DNA of 64,000 bases, taken from Bispira polyomma. Taxonomy: Eukaryota. Position numbers and translations under genes: made by a program. Positions 1-12,269 of the stretch are shown here, one piece after another (positions within the stretch are counted from its first letter, which is position 1; every line of letters begins with the position of its first letter). The notes under the pieces were generated by a model that did no database searches, was not told where the DNA came from, and was given only the letters and a program-made list of their open reading frames with translations. Location: positions 7,750,001-7,814,000 of the forward strand of contig OZ287756.1 of NCBI GenBank assembly GCA_965649765.1, given 5' to 3'.

Positions 1-890
1 TGCAAACCTTCCAATATTTCATCATCTGCACATTCTTTGATATCTGGACATCTTATCACTCCTTTCTTTGTATTCAAAGTATTGTGGGTGGTTACACTGA
101 CTGGTATTGAGCAGTCCATTGTCAAGTCCAATTTTGTTGTTTTCAAAAGTTTGTCACTTTGCTTTTCTTTATCTACCTCAACTATAATATATTTCCTGAT
201 CTTAGTTTCTTTAAATTGATGGGTTCAGTTCCCAAAACAGATAAAATGGCCTCATTAACAGCAAAAGGTAAAAGTTTCAGTAGGGAATTTTCTGTATCAG
301 AACCTTGTAAGAGTAAAAATCGAGGCCAAGAACAAGCAATACCAGTTTCCAAAATCATAATTCCTGGGTCATTCGTGGGTCTAGTCCTTTTCCTACCATC
401 CATTTGATTTTGTGATGCCATGGTTAAATAGTTAATATTCACTGCAAATGCTCTCCACACACCCTTCGAGCCCAACAAGGGGATACCCAATTGTGTGGGG
501 CTAAGCCCAGGAACACACATGTACCTAAGCTAAGCCCACTAAAAGTGAACCTCAATTGACTTATTAAGCAGTTAAAACAACGATATAAACATTGACCAAC
601 AACAAACCATCACTTAATTTGGAGCACAAGGGCTTGGCACTACCAGCCGATTGGTTAAGCCAGGCCATCTTAACCTTCAGTCTAAGTGAAATTGAGGCCA
701 AAGCTGTGTATTGCCTCCTCAATGCCGCAGCAAGGTATCGGCTCAACAGCCAGGACCCTCTCTTCCATTGACACAGACCGCAACCCACGGCAAACAGGTT
801 GCCCCCAAATAGTTGGGCCTATTCTACTTCCCCGTCCCCACAGGGGGAACACCCCCTCTGAGACCCCATGTCACTTCAAGCACAGTTAAG
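1..890 (-). mobile_element. 5' end of an I/Nimb-clade LINE: 5'UTR plus frameshifted ORF1, running off the window start
   Basis: Minus-strand ATG at 421 reads MASQNQ...WPRFLLLQGSDTENSLLKLLPFAVNEAILSVLGTEPINLKKLRSGNI. After a frameshift near 190 it continues IVEVDKEKQSDKLLKTTKL...IPVSVTTHNTLNTKKGVIRCPDIKECADDEILEGL. The motifs PRFL, KLRSG and HxxLNxxKGVIRCxD are typical of I/Nimb ORF1. The 5'UTR limit is approximate. Confidence 0.8.
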
Positions 891-1151
891 CTCTCACACA
901 CACGGCAATAGTCTTCTCAAAAGTGTTATGTAACTACTAGATTTTGTGCCCCAAGAGAGGTTATTATTACTACTCTGATATATTGGAATATCTCGTCTGC
1001 TGCATAAGTCCTTCATATTACTTCAAATTCAGTATTACTTTTTTCTGTCCTTTAGTGAAATGGTTCGCAAATAAAAAGAAATATTTTAATTCATCTCCTG
1101 ATTTATTTATTTATTTATTTTTTTGGCTTTTGTTACACACACCATGAAAAT

Positions 1152-2130
1152 CACTTTTTTAAGCTTAGTCTAGTTTTTAATACTTGTTATTCCCTTTGAC
1201 CCATTTTTACCTATGTATTTGCAACACCCCTTATGCCACAAAGATGACTTTTCTTGTTTATAACCTGTTGAGCCATTCTTAGCTATGTTTTTCATTTGAA
1301 ACAAACCCAATGGACACCACGTGGAGGTGATGAGTCTTTACCCATCATAATTTTGAATTTTGAGTTCGAAACAGAAAAAAATGGTTTAAAGAAAGTGGGA
1401 ATGCTAAAAGCTCCAACCAAACCCCCATTTCGTTCGAACTACTTTGCATTGAATTAGGGGTTCAGATAATAACATAAGTTTGAATAATGGAGGGAGATAA
1501 CAAAGGTTCTACTGCATAATAACAATTTCAGATAATAGAGTTTCTATGTTAAAGTAACAGAAGTTTAGATAATAAAGGTTTTTTTGTATAGTAACACACG
1601 TTTGGATAATAGAGGTTTAGGATAATGGAGGTTGTATTGTATAATATGTATAATAACCAAAGTTCAGATAGTAAAGGTTTTACTGTATAATGTAGTTGTG
1701 AATGGAATTATCTTGTTTGTTTTTTTTTTTGCCTGGGGGGCGAACTTTCCCCTAATTCAATGCAAAGTTGTTCGAACGAGGGGGAGGCATGCAAGAGAAT
1801 CTGAGTGGTTAGACCTGTTCCCATTCTAAGTTTCATTTAATTCATGTGCCTCTTATTTTAAATTTTTGTTGTATCTATCTTTTGAAAAGTTAATTTTAAA
1901 AACTAAAACATTGCCAGATTGTTTTTTGTTTTTTTTTTTGGGGGGAGCTGAAAAATAAGACAACAAATGTTTAATTATAGTTTATATATATATATATATT
2001 AAATAAATCTTAAAAAGTTTTAAATGCGTCTTTCAATAAAAAATTTTCACAATAGTACTGTTTGAATAAATTTTTATTTGATATATATTACACAAGATAC
2101 ATACAACTCCTTTTAATCTTATCATACTAA

Positions 2131-2166
<36 letters not shown>

Positions 2167-3854
2167 CGTGTAATATTCCCCTTAAGAATGGGTAACATAA
2201 TTAAGTGTTGCGAGAAAAAAGACATGTAATCTTGCAATAATTACCTTCGTTGTTTTTGCCCTCTGGGTGGAACTGTGCCCACTAATATTTGAGAACTGAA
2301 AGTAGAAGGAGTGGAAACTTTTGTTATCAATAAACAATTGTATTTATATATATATATATTATCATTGGCAGTTTTTTACATATACATTGCAGGAAATCCC
2401 CTTTAGTACAGAATGTTCAGGAGGTTGCATTTTGTAATTTCCGACACCCAGTACATCTAGCAACCCACAAACCCTATTCAAACATCAATCCACTGATAAC
2501 TAACACAAATCTGTGGATACTCTTATATACATCAAAATCCAAAACCATGCATCACAATTTTCTATATATATATATACCCAGCATGTTCGCGATTATCACT
2601 CATGCACTGGTCAGTTCACACACACCATTTAAGATTTAAGGAAAATACCCTCATATGGTGGTATACCTGCAATACGTTTCAAGCAACGCAAAAACTACAC
2701 CAACTGGCATAATTTGTATACAGTGTTAGCTAGAGCTTGAAACAACATAATGGGTATTATATTGGATTGTTGATATTTGTTTTATATTAGTTAGCATTAA
2801 AATAGAACCCTACAAATTACACTTACTTGCACCTTCAAATTGCACTGACTCTGCAATGAAAACAAAACATCAATAGAACAGATCTTATGGAATAATCTGT
2901 AAAGTTATTACTAAGTTATGTCTATTACTTATATTTTTACCTTTGTAGTAAATATTGTGTTCTGTACATACTATGCATGGTGTAAAAATATACAAGCTAC
3001 ATCTAAAGGGGAGAGGCACTTATTCTATTAATTCCCCATCTGTACTTGTTGTCTCACTCCTATACTAATCAATTAAAAAAAAATCATATACACATTTTAA
3101 TCTTTTCGAGGCAAATAATGGAACTGAAATAATATTCTATTATTATATTTTAAATGTATTTTGTCTGTAATTTATCATATATCCTTCTGGTAATTAAAGT
3201 ACAAAATGGGTTTTAGCATACATTTATCATTGAATAAAAAATATTTTTTGTTTTTTCTTACACTCAAGATGATAGCAATGCCTTCAGTGTCTGAAAGTAC
3301 CCCAAAAAGATAGGTCACATAAGAGGTAATATATTTGTTACATCTCACATTTTATTATGTCATTTTAATTTGAAAAATGTACTAAATTTAATTAATAATA
3401 CCTGTTTAATCATTTGATTTAAAAGTAGTGAAATCTATCAAAAGTTATATAACAAGAGGTTTTTGGTGATGCCTAAAAGAAAATTTTAGTTGGAGTATTC
3501 ATATAGTTGCAGCTCTGTAACTACATTGAAATTTTTTGAGTCTTTTATTACAATGTCGTTTTTACAAGATCCATTCTAATTTGGCTTCATGAGCACTATA
3601 ATATCTCTAGGGCGTTTTTTCCCCGAGTCAATTCCGCTTCTGAGTGATATTCCAGGGTGTAGTATGTACTGCTCATTAACATAATGCAAATGGCTGATTT
3701 TGTGAACATTTGTTTTGTTAGTGTGAAAGGACAAGCCAAATACTGAATGGATACTGGGTGATTCTTTGTATAGATATCGGAAACTAATATTGGATATATG
3801 ATTAATGATTCTGTGTGTGTAAGTAATTTAATTAACACTGTAACTTGAACCATG
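1152..3854 (+). repeat. ~2.7-kb non-coding block, inverted copy at ~39628-42945
   Basis: The reverse complement matches continuously. For example, aagcttagtctagttttt...ccctttgacccatttttacctatg (1161-1215) corresponds to 42880-42936. The ORF track shows mirror ORFs 1632..1829(+) and 42200..42463(-). Confidence 0.9.
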
Positions 3855-4101
3855 AATTTGAATTTGGATATTTAACGTCCACTCTAGTACCTGTTTTGGT
3901 TATATTAAGACGGGTAGTTGGAAACGCTTGAGGAAACACTGCATACAGTTGATCAAGGTTCTGCACTGAAACCAGCGGCCCACAGTAAAGAACTACCACC
4001 TTTTCCACATAGGCATCGATGGGATTCGAATTCACACCGCCCAGAGGTGAAAGACCAGTGATTGTGCGATGCTTGCTAACCATTAGGCCACCGCGGCCCC
4101 C
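3854..4101 (-). mobile_element. tRNA-derived SINE
   Basis: Minus strand starts GGGGGCCGCGGTGGCCTAATGGTTAG (A box), followed by GAATTCGAATCCC (B box). It ends in an I/Nimb-like 3' region GTGGACGTTAAATATCC and an (AAATTC)n tail. Confidence 0.8.
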
Positions 4102-4297
4102 ACTTAATTTGGAGCACTAGGGCTTGGCACTACCAGCCGAATGATTAAGCCAGGCCATCTTAACCTTCCGTCAAAGTGAAATTGAGGCCAAAGCTGTGTA
4201 TTGCTTCCTCAATGCCGCAGCAAGGTATCAGCTCAACAGCCAGGACCCTCTCTACCACTGACACGGACCGCAACCCAATGCAAACAGGTTGCCCCAA
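4101..4297 (-). repeat. Second copy of part of the LINE 5'UTR (611-807)
   Basis: cacttaatttggagcac.agggcttggcactaccagccga...gcaaacaggttgcccc is present at both 611-807 and 4101-4297. Confidence 0.9.
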
Positions 4298-4312
4298 TCA
4301 GTCACCTTGCTA

Positions 4313-4510
4313 AGCTCTGATGGTACAAAGCTCTGATGTTGCTGAGCTCTGATGGTACAAAGCTCTGATGTTGCTGAGCTCTGATGGTACTAAGCTCTGC
4401 TGTTGCTGAGCTCTGACGGTACTAAGCTCTGATGTTGCTGAGGTCTGACGGTACTAAGCTCTGATGTTGTTGAGCTCTGACGGTACTAAGCTCTGATGTT
4501 GCTGAGCTCT
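4313..4510. repeat. Minisatellite: 12 x 16-bp subunits arranged as a 32-bp dimer, probably within an LTR remnant (minus strand, ~4300-4700)
   Basis: Subunits AGCTCTGA(T/C)GGTAC(A/T)A and AGCTCTGATGTTGCTG alternate. A minus-strand TATATAAAAGGG at ~4527-4538 lies just upstream of the array. Confidence 0.85.
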
Positions 4511-5201
4511 AGAGGCTTAAAACTGCCCTTTTATATACTGTAGAACTGCTGACCTTGCTAATTCCTAACATTCCAAGCTCCTGATAAACCACTTCCTGTG
4601 TACTAATCCATGCACTCACTGATCCTGGATATATTAGATTAGATTGCCTAATATGGGCATTTTACGACCATACAAGGAAATCAGACACAAAATCATGCTA
4701 CCCATAGCTCATTATTTTGCCAGTGCTTGGGGCTAGGAGCAGGTGCTTCCCATAATCCCTTCTGTTGCCGAGGCTTGTAATTAGGAGCAGTCAGATGCTT
4801 AATAATAATTCACACAGATGTTTTATCTTGATTTACTTTAATACATTAATGTCAAAATACCAATTACAACACTATGTTCTTTTCACAATTTACTAATAAA
4901 TACACACTATGTTATGTATTTGAAATGTATTTGAAGGAAAGCTTAGTTTATGACAATGTAAATAAAATAATAACATGCAAACTTCCAGATCTGCCACTAG
5001 TAAAAAATAGAAATACATAGTAAACATTATATATCTTCATTGCTGAAACCAAGTTGTTTTAAAAAGCCGCCACGCTAGTGCTGTAGAACAGAAGTTTATA
5101 CTTAAGGTGCCATAAGATACAATTATTGTTATTATTGTAACACTCACAATGGCCATCAGGTCATTTAGTTCCTGGCTGGGAGTCAGGCACCTGGTGGATT
5201 C

Positions 5202-5457
5202 AGGACTTGCTGGTCCTGATGGGTTGTCAACCAGACTTGCTGGTCCTGATGGGTTGTCAACCGGACTTGCTGGTCCTGATGAGTTGTCAACCTGACTTGC
5301 TGGTCCTGATGGATTGTCAACCGGACTTGCTGGTCCTGATGGGTTGTCAACCGGACTTGCTGGTTCTGATGGGTTGTCAACCGGACTTGCTGGTCCTGAT
5401 GGGTTGTCAACCCGACTTGCTGGTCCTGATGGGTTGTCAATCGGACTTGCTGGTACT
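5202..5457. repeat. 30-bp minisatellite (~8.5 units), open on the minus strand as (PASPVDNPSG)n
   Basis: Unit GGACTTGCTGGTCCTGATGGGTTGTCAACC. It explains four overlapping ORFs in the ORF track. Confidence 0.9.
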
Positions 5458-6589
5458 GACTGGTTGTTGTCGCCCAGGTTTGCTGTTGGTTCGGTCGGGT
5501 GATCATCGGCCAAAGTGGCGGGTTCAGTATGATCGTTGCTTTCGTGACTAGTGGATCCGGTGTTGTCATCACCAATCACTATGGGCATCGACCAGCTCCC
5601 CACCAGTTCCACTGGGATTAGGCAGCAGGGACTGCCCCAGGTACAGTCACACATACTGCTTTACATGAAACAAAATACAAACACCAATTTCAGCCTACAT
5701 CGAGGGTAAAAATATGTCATACTATATTTTCAAATTTGTTCATGATAAGCAGTGTATGCTGTCGTTCTGGGAGGACTATTTATAACAATTAATTTATACT
5801 ATGTATTTATATTTTTTACCAGTGGAAAATGTGGAAGTGTGCATGTTATTTTATTTACATTTTCATGTAGTGTACTTTAATTGCACATTAACGTGCCTAT
5901 TAGTTTAAAGTATATATGTTCTCATTTAGATTTAACCTTTAACAGTTACCACTATATATAATGCTGGTTAGGATTTTCCACAAATGTGGCAGTGTAATTA
6001 ATGGTAATCTATTGTAGAATTACAAAATACAATAGTTGGTGTAGGTAATAGCAGTTATACTAAAACAAGGTACTATTAACAGGTGCTATAAATACATTTG
6101 TACACCCACTGTACATGTATGTAACATTAATACATGTACAGTAGGTCTTTGTTTTGGAAGCGGTTAGTAAGATATGATGTCTTTGTTTTTGTTTTAGGTG
6201 GACAGTTTTTGGCGGCAGTGAGGTCCTGGGCTGGGTATACAGAAATAGACTATCAATCAACACAACTTTATATTTTTTTATAAGGTGGGTTTTTGTGAAC
6301 AGCAAACCTCTGTTGCAAAGAGCCAAAAATAGCTTTGGTTACTGAAGCGGTCTGGTGCAGTGTTATCTTGGCAGGAGTCTTGATAAGCTCCTACTATAAG
6401 TACTGCGCACAAAGTCTAATTTTTGTGAAAGGTATTTTTAAAAATATAAATTGAAATCATTTTTATTAAATAACATTATAAAACTAAATTTAGAAATAAT
6501 TTTAATTAATTAGTAAAATCGTATTTAGAAAAGTATTTTAATTACAATGGTAATTAGAAAGGTATTTTCAATTACAATTCCTACACTTC

Positions 6590-6635
6590 CCTTCATAACA
6601 ATTCTTCCCCCTTAGGAAAACATGGTCCCGAAGTT
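6590..6635 (-). mobile_element. Gypsy-type PPT/3'LTR junction remnant
   Basis: Minus strand reads TTCGGGACCATGTTTTCCT-AAGGGGGAAGAA-T-TGTTATG: a polypurine tract followed by a TG start. Confidence 0.45.
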
Positions 6636-7944
6636 TTGCTTTTTTTGGCGTGTGCCAATTTTGAGTTTTGTGCAACAGAGTGGTTAGCAAAAACCAGGGG
6701 GTTAAAATAATAATACATTGAGATATAAGGCCGAATTACAACCTGAGAATGACTCATGAGAGGAGGGAGCGTGCAGAAAGACTGTGTGAAGAGGAGAGCG
6801 TGTATTTTAATGATGCGTGTGTGTCTGTTTTCAAATATATTTTTAGTAATGACTTTTATTGTTTACTTTCTGTCTGGGGCTTGTGCCCCCCTATACTTTA
6901 AGTAAAGTAACAATAATTTAGAAAGTCAAAATGTCGTTCCCTTAAATCCTAACCTTGTTACCCAGCATGATGCTTTAAATAGGGACATCCCTTCCCCCCA
7001 TGTTGTCCTGCCACCCATGAAGTCGAGACATTTTAAGACATATCAGTTTGCATGGTTTGGTTAAGTTGCTGTTAATGATATTGACTTTCTCACGATGTAT
7101 TGAATGTTTTGTGTTGTGGTTTTTCAGATGCCATATGGTAGCAACCCCTATGAGAGGGGTAGACGGAGAAGCTGGAGAGGAGGGGGACAGCGTCGTTTTC
7201 ATGGTGGTCACCCCTATCAGGGATATTAGTCTTTCTGGGGTTCACGTCACCATGGTGATGAGGGACCTGTGAGACAAAATCTCATTCCACCCCAGAGTCG
7301 CTTTAACGATGATGGTAAATGGCAGGGAGGGACTCAGGCGGCTGAGGGTCAACCCTAGCCACGACCAATTGGTGGAAGATGGCATCCCCGTGGCGGTAAT
7401 CACTATTAATGACCACATATGAGATCTGGTCTGGGAGGTGCAGGCAATGCCCCAGATTCCCGGGTAAGTAGGTCCAGTGTAAGTGGGCAAGAATCTGAGA
7501 GATTGCAGGGGCAAGGCACTGTCTCAGATTCTCAGACTGGTAGGTCAAGGGTAAGCGAATGGGAATGTAAAGTGCTTTCTGGTGGGTCCAGGGGGTGTGA
7601 CAGGGATGCCAAAAATGACATTTACCTCTCAGGATGAGGAAAGGGTGTCGATATTGATTGGCATATTTCAAATCTTGAGGCGTGAAGTAATTAGGGAAAG
7701 TTTTTTATCCCGATAACCAACAGAAGCTATTTGACCAAGCTCTGTTGTTGGAGAGATGTCTGAGGGACATACGATTACTGATGAGTCGTCAGATCTTGCC
7801 AGTTCAGCACAGGCGTCAGCTGCTACTTCAAGACCATCTCATACAAGGAGCACTACATCAGATACGTCTGTAGCTCACTCAGCTTAACCAAAGAGAGTGT
7901 ATGGCATGAATGATAAAGAGGCTGAAATGAGAGCCACTGCTTAA

Positions 7945-8846
7945 AGCAGCAGACAAGAAAGGGCTGCGAGGCAAACAAGCCTGAAACCTAAGAAGCAACT
8001 TAAAATGGCTGGAAAATTTGAGTGGCGAGAGGTGAAGCCAAAAAAGAAAAGGTCTAAGCATCACAAATACCACGGAGATTCAGATGACTCCAGGACGTAT
8101 GTCAAAAAGTCTAACAAGGATGCAAAGAAAAGTAGCCAAACCTGGCATTACTCATCTGATCAATCTGACGCCCACAAAAAAGGACCTAAAAAGGCTGACA
8201 AAAAAGAGGATCGTCGAAGGAAGTATGTGGATTCAGATAAACCTTATGCCAGTAGAAAAACAAAAAAGTCCTTGCAAGCGGAAGGGTCGACACCTCAAAG
8301 GGATTTAGTTTAAGCTGAAGCCCGTAGATCAACCACACCACATGTGTATCCAAGTCAGGGATCGCAGAATATTGTCAGGCCAAAAAGAAAGCGAAACGAT
8401 GACCAGCTTGTCCAATCAAAAACTGTGGACTCCCTCAAAGCCACGTGAGGCGCCATGTCATAGCAAGTCACCTGCCAACAGGATTTTGGAATGAAAATAT
8501 GGAAAACAGAATGTCCTTTATTGAGGAATTTATGATGATTGCAGGAAGCCAATTTGGAGTCAATAGTCCTGATGAACTTCTACAATGCGTTATCAGGGAT
8601 CATATCTACACGGACACCAGGGGTATGCTTATTGAAAACTGTGAAGAGGATTTCTGATTGATGAATGATAACCACGTCTGGGGAACTGGGCAACCTCTTT
8701 ACAGAACCCCAAACATTAATCCTCCAAATGTTCTAGAATTCCTGATTCATTGGAGAGCAGCAGTTTGTCTGATAAATACTGTAGGTGAGGAGCATTTTCA
8801 GAGGACTAGACGTATTCTCAGGATATATATAAAAGGCTCAGCTTAA
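7945..8846 (+). pseudogene. Degraded ORF of unknown family (Lys/Ser-rich N-terminus, globular-looking C-terminus)
   Basis: Consecutive plus-strand ORFs 8005..8313, 8445..8657 and 8658..8846. The last two are in frame and separated by a single stop. No domain recognised. Confidence 0.35.
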
Positions 8847-9626
8847 GTATAGAAATTCTGTTCTACAGCAGTAAGCATAGCGTAGCTGCTTTTTTAAACA
8901 TCCTTGTTTCAGCAATAAAGGACGATTTTTGGCGGCTGTGTATAAATAGAGAAATAGACTATCAATAGGAATTCTAAATCAACATAATTTTATTTTTATA
9001 TAAAGATTATATCAAATATATAATCACATTTATATCGCCAAAGAAAGGCTAACTTTGTATGAGGCTTAGTCCATCACTGATATTTACCAGATGAGGTTGA
9101 ACTGTTGAAAAACCTGTGTGTGTGTAATCAATTGAAGCTTTGCTCTTCACTGACACAGACATATATTATATTGTTCATCCCTTTTATGAATTAATACTAG
9201 TGGAAAAAGTAACATTTACTTCTTCTTTATGTTACCATTGAACTACATATTGTGCTTAATACCTACTGTACTGTTTGTGAAGTTACACAGTTATACAGTT
9301 ATATCCTTGGATATTCCATTTCAGTTAAGTACATTTCACTCATATGGTCTTAGTGTATGTACACATGTATGCGGCTCCCGGCGTCAGACTTGCGATTTGC
9401 GACTGCGATTTTTTCTTCCCTCATATCTTTTGTTTATTTGTACACATGTATCAGACTGCGAATTGCGACGCACGATCTGTGGCTTCCGAATGCGAACTTT
9501 TCGCTCCAGGACCGAAAAAATTGGATGAAAATCAGAAATCGCAGTGTTGAAGGTGATAATCCATATGAATTTTCTGTTGTATCCACGTGTTTTTTATCGA
9601 GGAAAATTTTTTATAGCTAAACAAAT

Positions 9627-12269
9627 ATGTCAAATTTCACGAAAAAACCTACCTTTCCAAAAGGCAAAACTGAAGAATTGATTGTATTAGTATCCAATCA
9701 CCAATCAGTGTATGATGTGACTGCAAAGGATTACAGAGATAAGCAGAAAATTGAGAATATATGGAGAGAAATTGGCTCCAAGATCAAAGTTTCACGTAAG
9801 TTCTTTTAATATCACCATGCGTAGTAATAAGTACAAGACTAAAGTTGGAGAGATTTGTGAGAATTAAAAATGTTTCAAATTGAAATTTATTTCATTTATA
9901 TATTTCTATGTACTATTACAAAACTTATTGCAATACATTTTGCTAAAAAACTAAACTTTAAATTTAATAATATTACAATTAAAAAAACAAAAAAAGACTG
10001 TGCAATATAAATTTACAAAGAAACTGCAAAATCTACCATGTATGTTATATCTGCCAAAAGAATCCGTTTGTAAATAATTATGTTTTTACTTTTTTGCTTT
10101 CTACAGAGTAGTTCCATTAGAAACATGCATTTGTAGATAACTTTTCATTGACTTTTCGTGTGCCATTAGGATGTATTTTGGGGATGATTTTTACTCGTCT
10201 CTTAAGATACTATGAAGCAATTTTGTGAATATATATCTCATTATCCCATCTCTGGAAAATACCTTATATGAATCTGTACTTGTATTTTTAATTTTTCAGC
10301 TGAGAGTTGCAAATGGAAATGGCGAAATCTGAGGGACACCTTCCGCAGAAATGTCCGGATGCAAAAAAACAAAAAAAGTGGCCAGGCTACTGGAAAGCCA
10401 ATTACGTGGCCTTTCTTCCAGAGCCTTGAGTTTTTACTTCCTTTCCTCGAAGAGGCAGAGTAAGTTCTGTTTTGCATATTTCAAACCTACACTTAATGTT
10501 ATACCTGATATTTATGATAGTTTGAGAAGTACTTCTAAAGAAAAGTGATTTTATGGCTGATAATATTTTAATTAGATATATTCAGATTTACAATGGGTAC
10601 ACTTGCATAATTTTTGTGACATCATTTAATTAGACTATATATCCTTCTTCTTTCAGAACCGAGAGTAATTTGCATTTTGACGAGGATTTCCAAGAATCAG
10701 CTAGCACTTTCGATGCATCACAGGAAGCTGAGGAGACCCTATCAGTGTATGTATCTTACATTCTTCAATTTATGAAGATCAAGGTAGTTATCCTGCCATG
10801 GCAATTTGTAAGCATTTACATAGTCTTTTATCTTGTCTCTCACTGCAATTGCATTTTTAGCGCCCCTGTATCCAGTATGTGGAAGATTTTGCAGCATAGG
10901 TGCCTCTGTATATCTCTCATCTATTTGTGCGGTTATTTCAGCAGGTGTGCTAACTATTTGCAACAAGTTGTGCAGCACAATTGTGGCTTTAACGACAGCC
11001 TTTACTCTCTCTGGCGCAATGGCAATTTTGGTATGGAAAATGCGAAATCGTGCTGCTAAAATACCAAATGTGCATTCAATTATTCTTCTAGCTCTTGATT
11101 GACGGTAGTTAAAAGCTCTTTCCTTTCGAGCACTTGACTTTCCACGATATGGTCTCATGATGTGGTATGCCAAAGGGAAAGCTTCATCAGCCACTATTGT
11201 GTAGGGTAATGGACCAAATTCTGGGGCATCTGGTAAAACTGCATCAGCCGGAATTCGGAGTTTTCCAGCAGCAATAGCTTTTCCAAGGCTTGATTCTTGA
11301 AATGTACCACCATCACTGTTGCGGCCATATCCACCAATGTCAATATAAATAAACTTCAAGTTGGCATCTGCCATGGCCATCAGAAGCATTGACATAGTTC
11401 CTTTATAATTGAAATAAAGGGAGCCACTATTGGGCATGTGATGACAATATGTTTCCCATCCAAAGCACCTATGCAGTTTGGAAACTGCCATTTGTGCATG
11501 AAATTATCAGCAATTAATTACCATTCATCCTCACAATCAGGTAATTTCATGTATAGATGAGACATCTTTTCCCAAATTGCCGTGCAGAACTCTGGTATCA
11601 ATTGTGCAATAGTAGATACCCCAATCCGGTAACTAAATGCCAAAGATCGATATGATTCTCCAGTTGCAAGGTATCTGTAAAATAACCAAAAATACATGCA
11701 TCATCAATGTAAATATCAGGTGATCAGATGAGTACAGTGTGCATTTATATTTCAGGGCTTCTCTAGAGACAGGATCCAAAAATGAGGAGACAGATGAAGA
11801 CACAGTACCCAAGAGGTTGGCCTCCAAAAGAAAGGCTAGCACCCCAAAAGATCGGAAAAGGGCTAATAAGGCAGCAAAGACTGAAATAGAGGACACTTTT
11901 GCAGACTTGGTCCAGATTCAGAAGGAAAGGGGGGACAAGCTGGACAAGGTTTTGCATGAAAGAAAAAGCGAGACGGAATTACTGTTTCAGAGCTATGCTC
12001 AACGTCTCGAGAAGTTGCCACCCAGAAAAGTATCCCACATCAAATTCAAGCTGTCGGAACTTTTCTACCAGGCAGAAAATGAGGTTCTTGACATGGAAGA
12101 ACGTAATGCATGGCAAGGACAGGAACCACAAGCACCACAGGCATACAATATTCCTGCACCTGCAGAAAACAATTATGTACCCATGGGAAATATCCAGCTC
12201 AACTCACCTTTGGGTAATTTGGGGGAAACAAGCTCATTATTTAGCAATGCGATGAGCTCGATCCAGTAA
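9627..12269 (+). CDS. Harbinger MADF (Myb/SANT-like) + BESS-like DNA-binding protein, 4 exons, 310 aa, intact: join(9627..9795,10300..10459,10657..10746,11756..12269)
   Basis: All introns are GT-AG with compatible phases (1,2,2); spliced length is 933 nt. MADF motifs: EELIVLVSNHQSVYDVTAKDYRDKQKIENIWREIG, CKWKWRNLRDTFRR, SGQ...WPFFQSLEFLLP, TESNL. C-terminal BESS-like motif: ETELLFQSYAQRLEKLPPRKVSHIKFKLSELFYQAE. AATAAA at 12320. Confidence 0.88.

Noticed and set aside
4020-4101. tRNA genes here and at 45217
   Set aside because: A and B boxes are followed by SINE bodies and tails, with no complete cloverleaf.
4313-5457. Regular short repeats as a CRISPR array
   Set aside because: Units are head-to-tail with no unique spacers, there are no cas genes, and the context is eukaryotic.
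5183-5575. Overlapping repeat ORFs (LTTHQDQQVR, LVLMGCQPDL) as real proteins
   Set aside because: They arise from a stop-free 30-bp minisatellite; the coding frame, if any, cannot be determined.
10670-11102. Plus-strand ORFs 10670..11059 and 10833..11102 as separate genes
   Set aside because: Only 10657-10746 is MADF exon 3; the remainder is antisense shadow of the transposase.
10742-11491. ORF-track 249-aa protein as a complete host HARBI1 gene
   Set aside because: Its N-terminus is out of frame because of the frameshift, and it is exon 3 of a TIR/TSD-bounded transposon.
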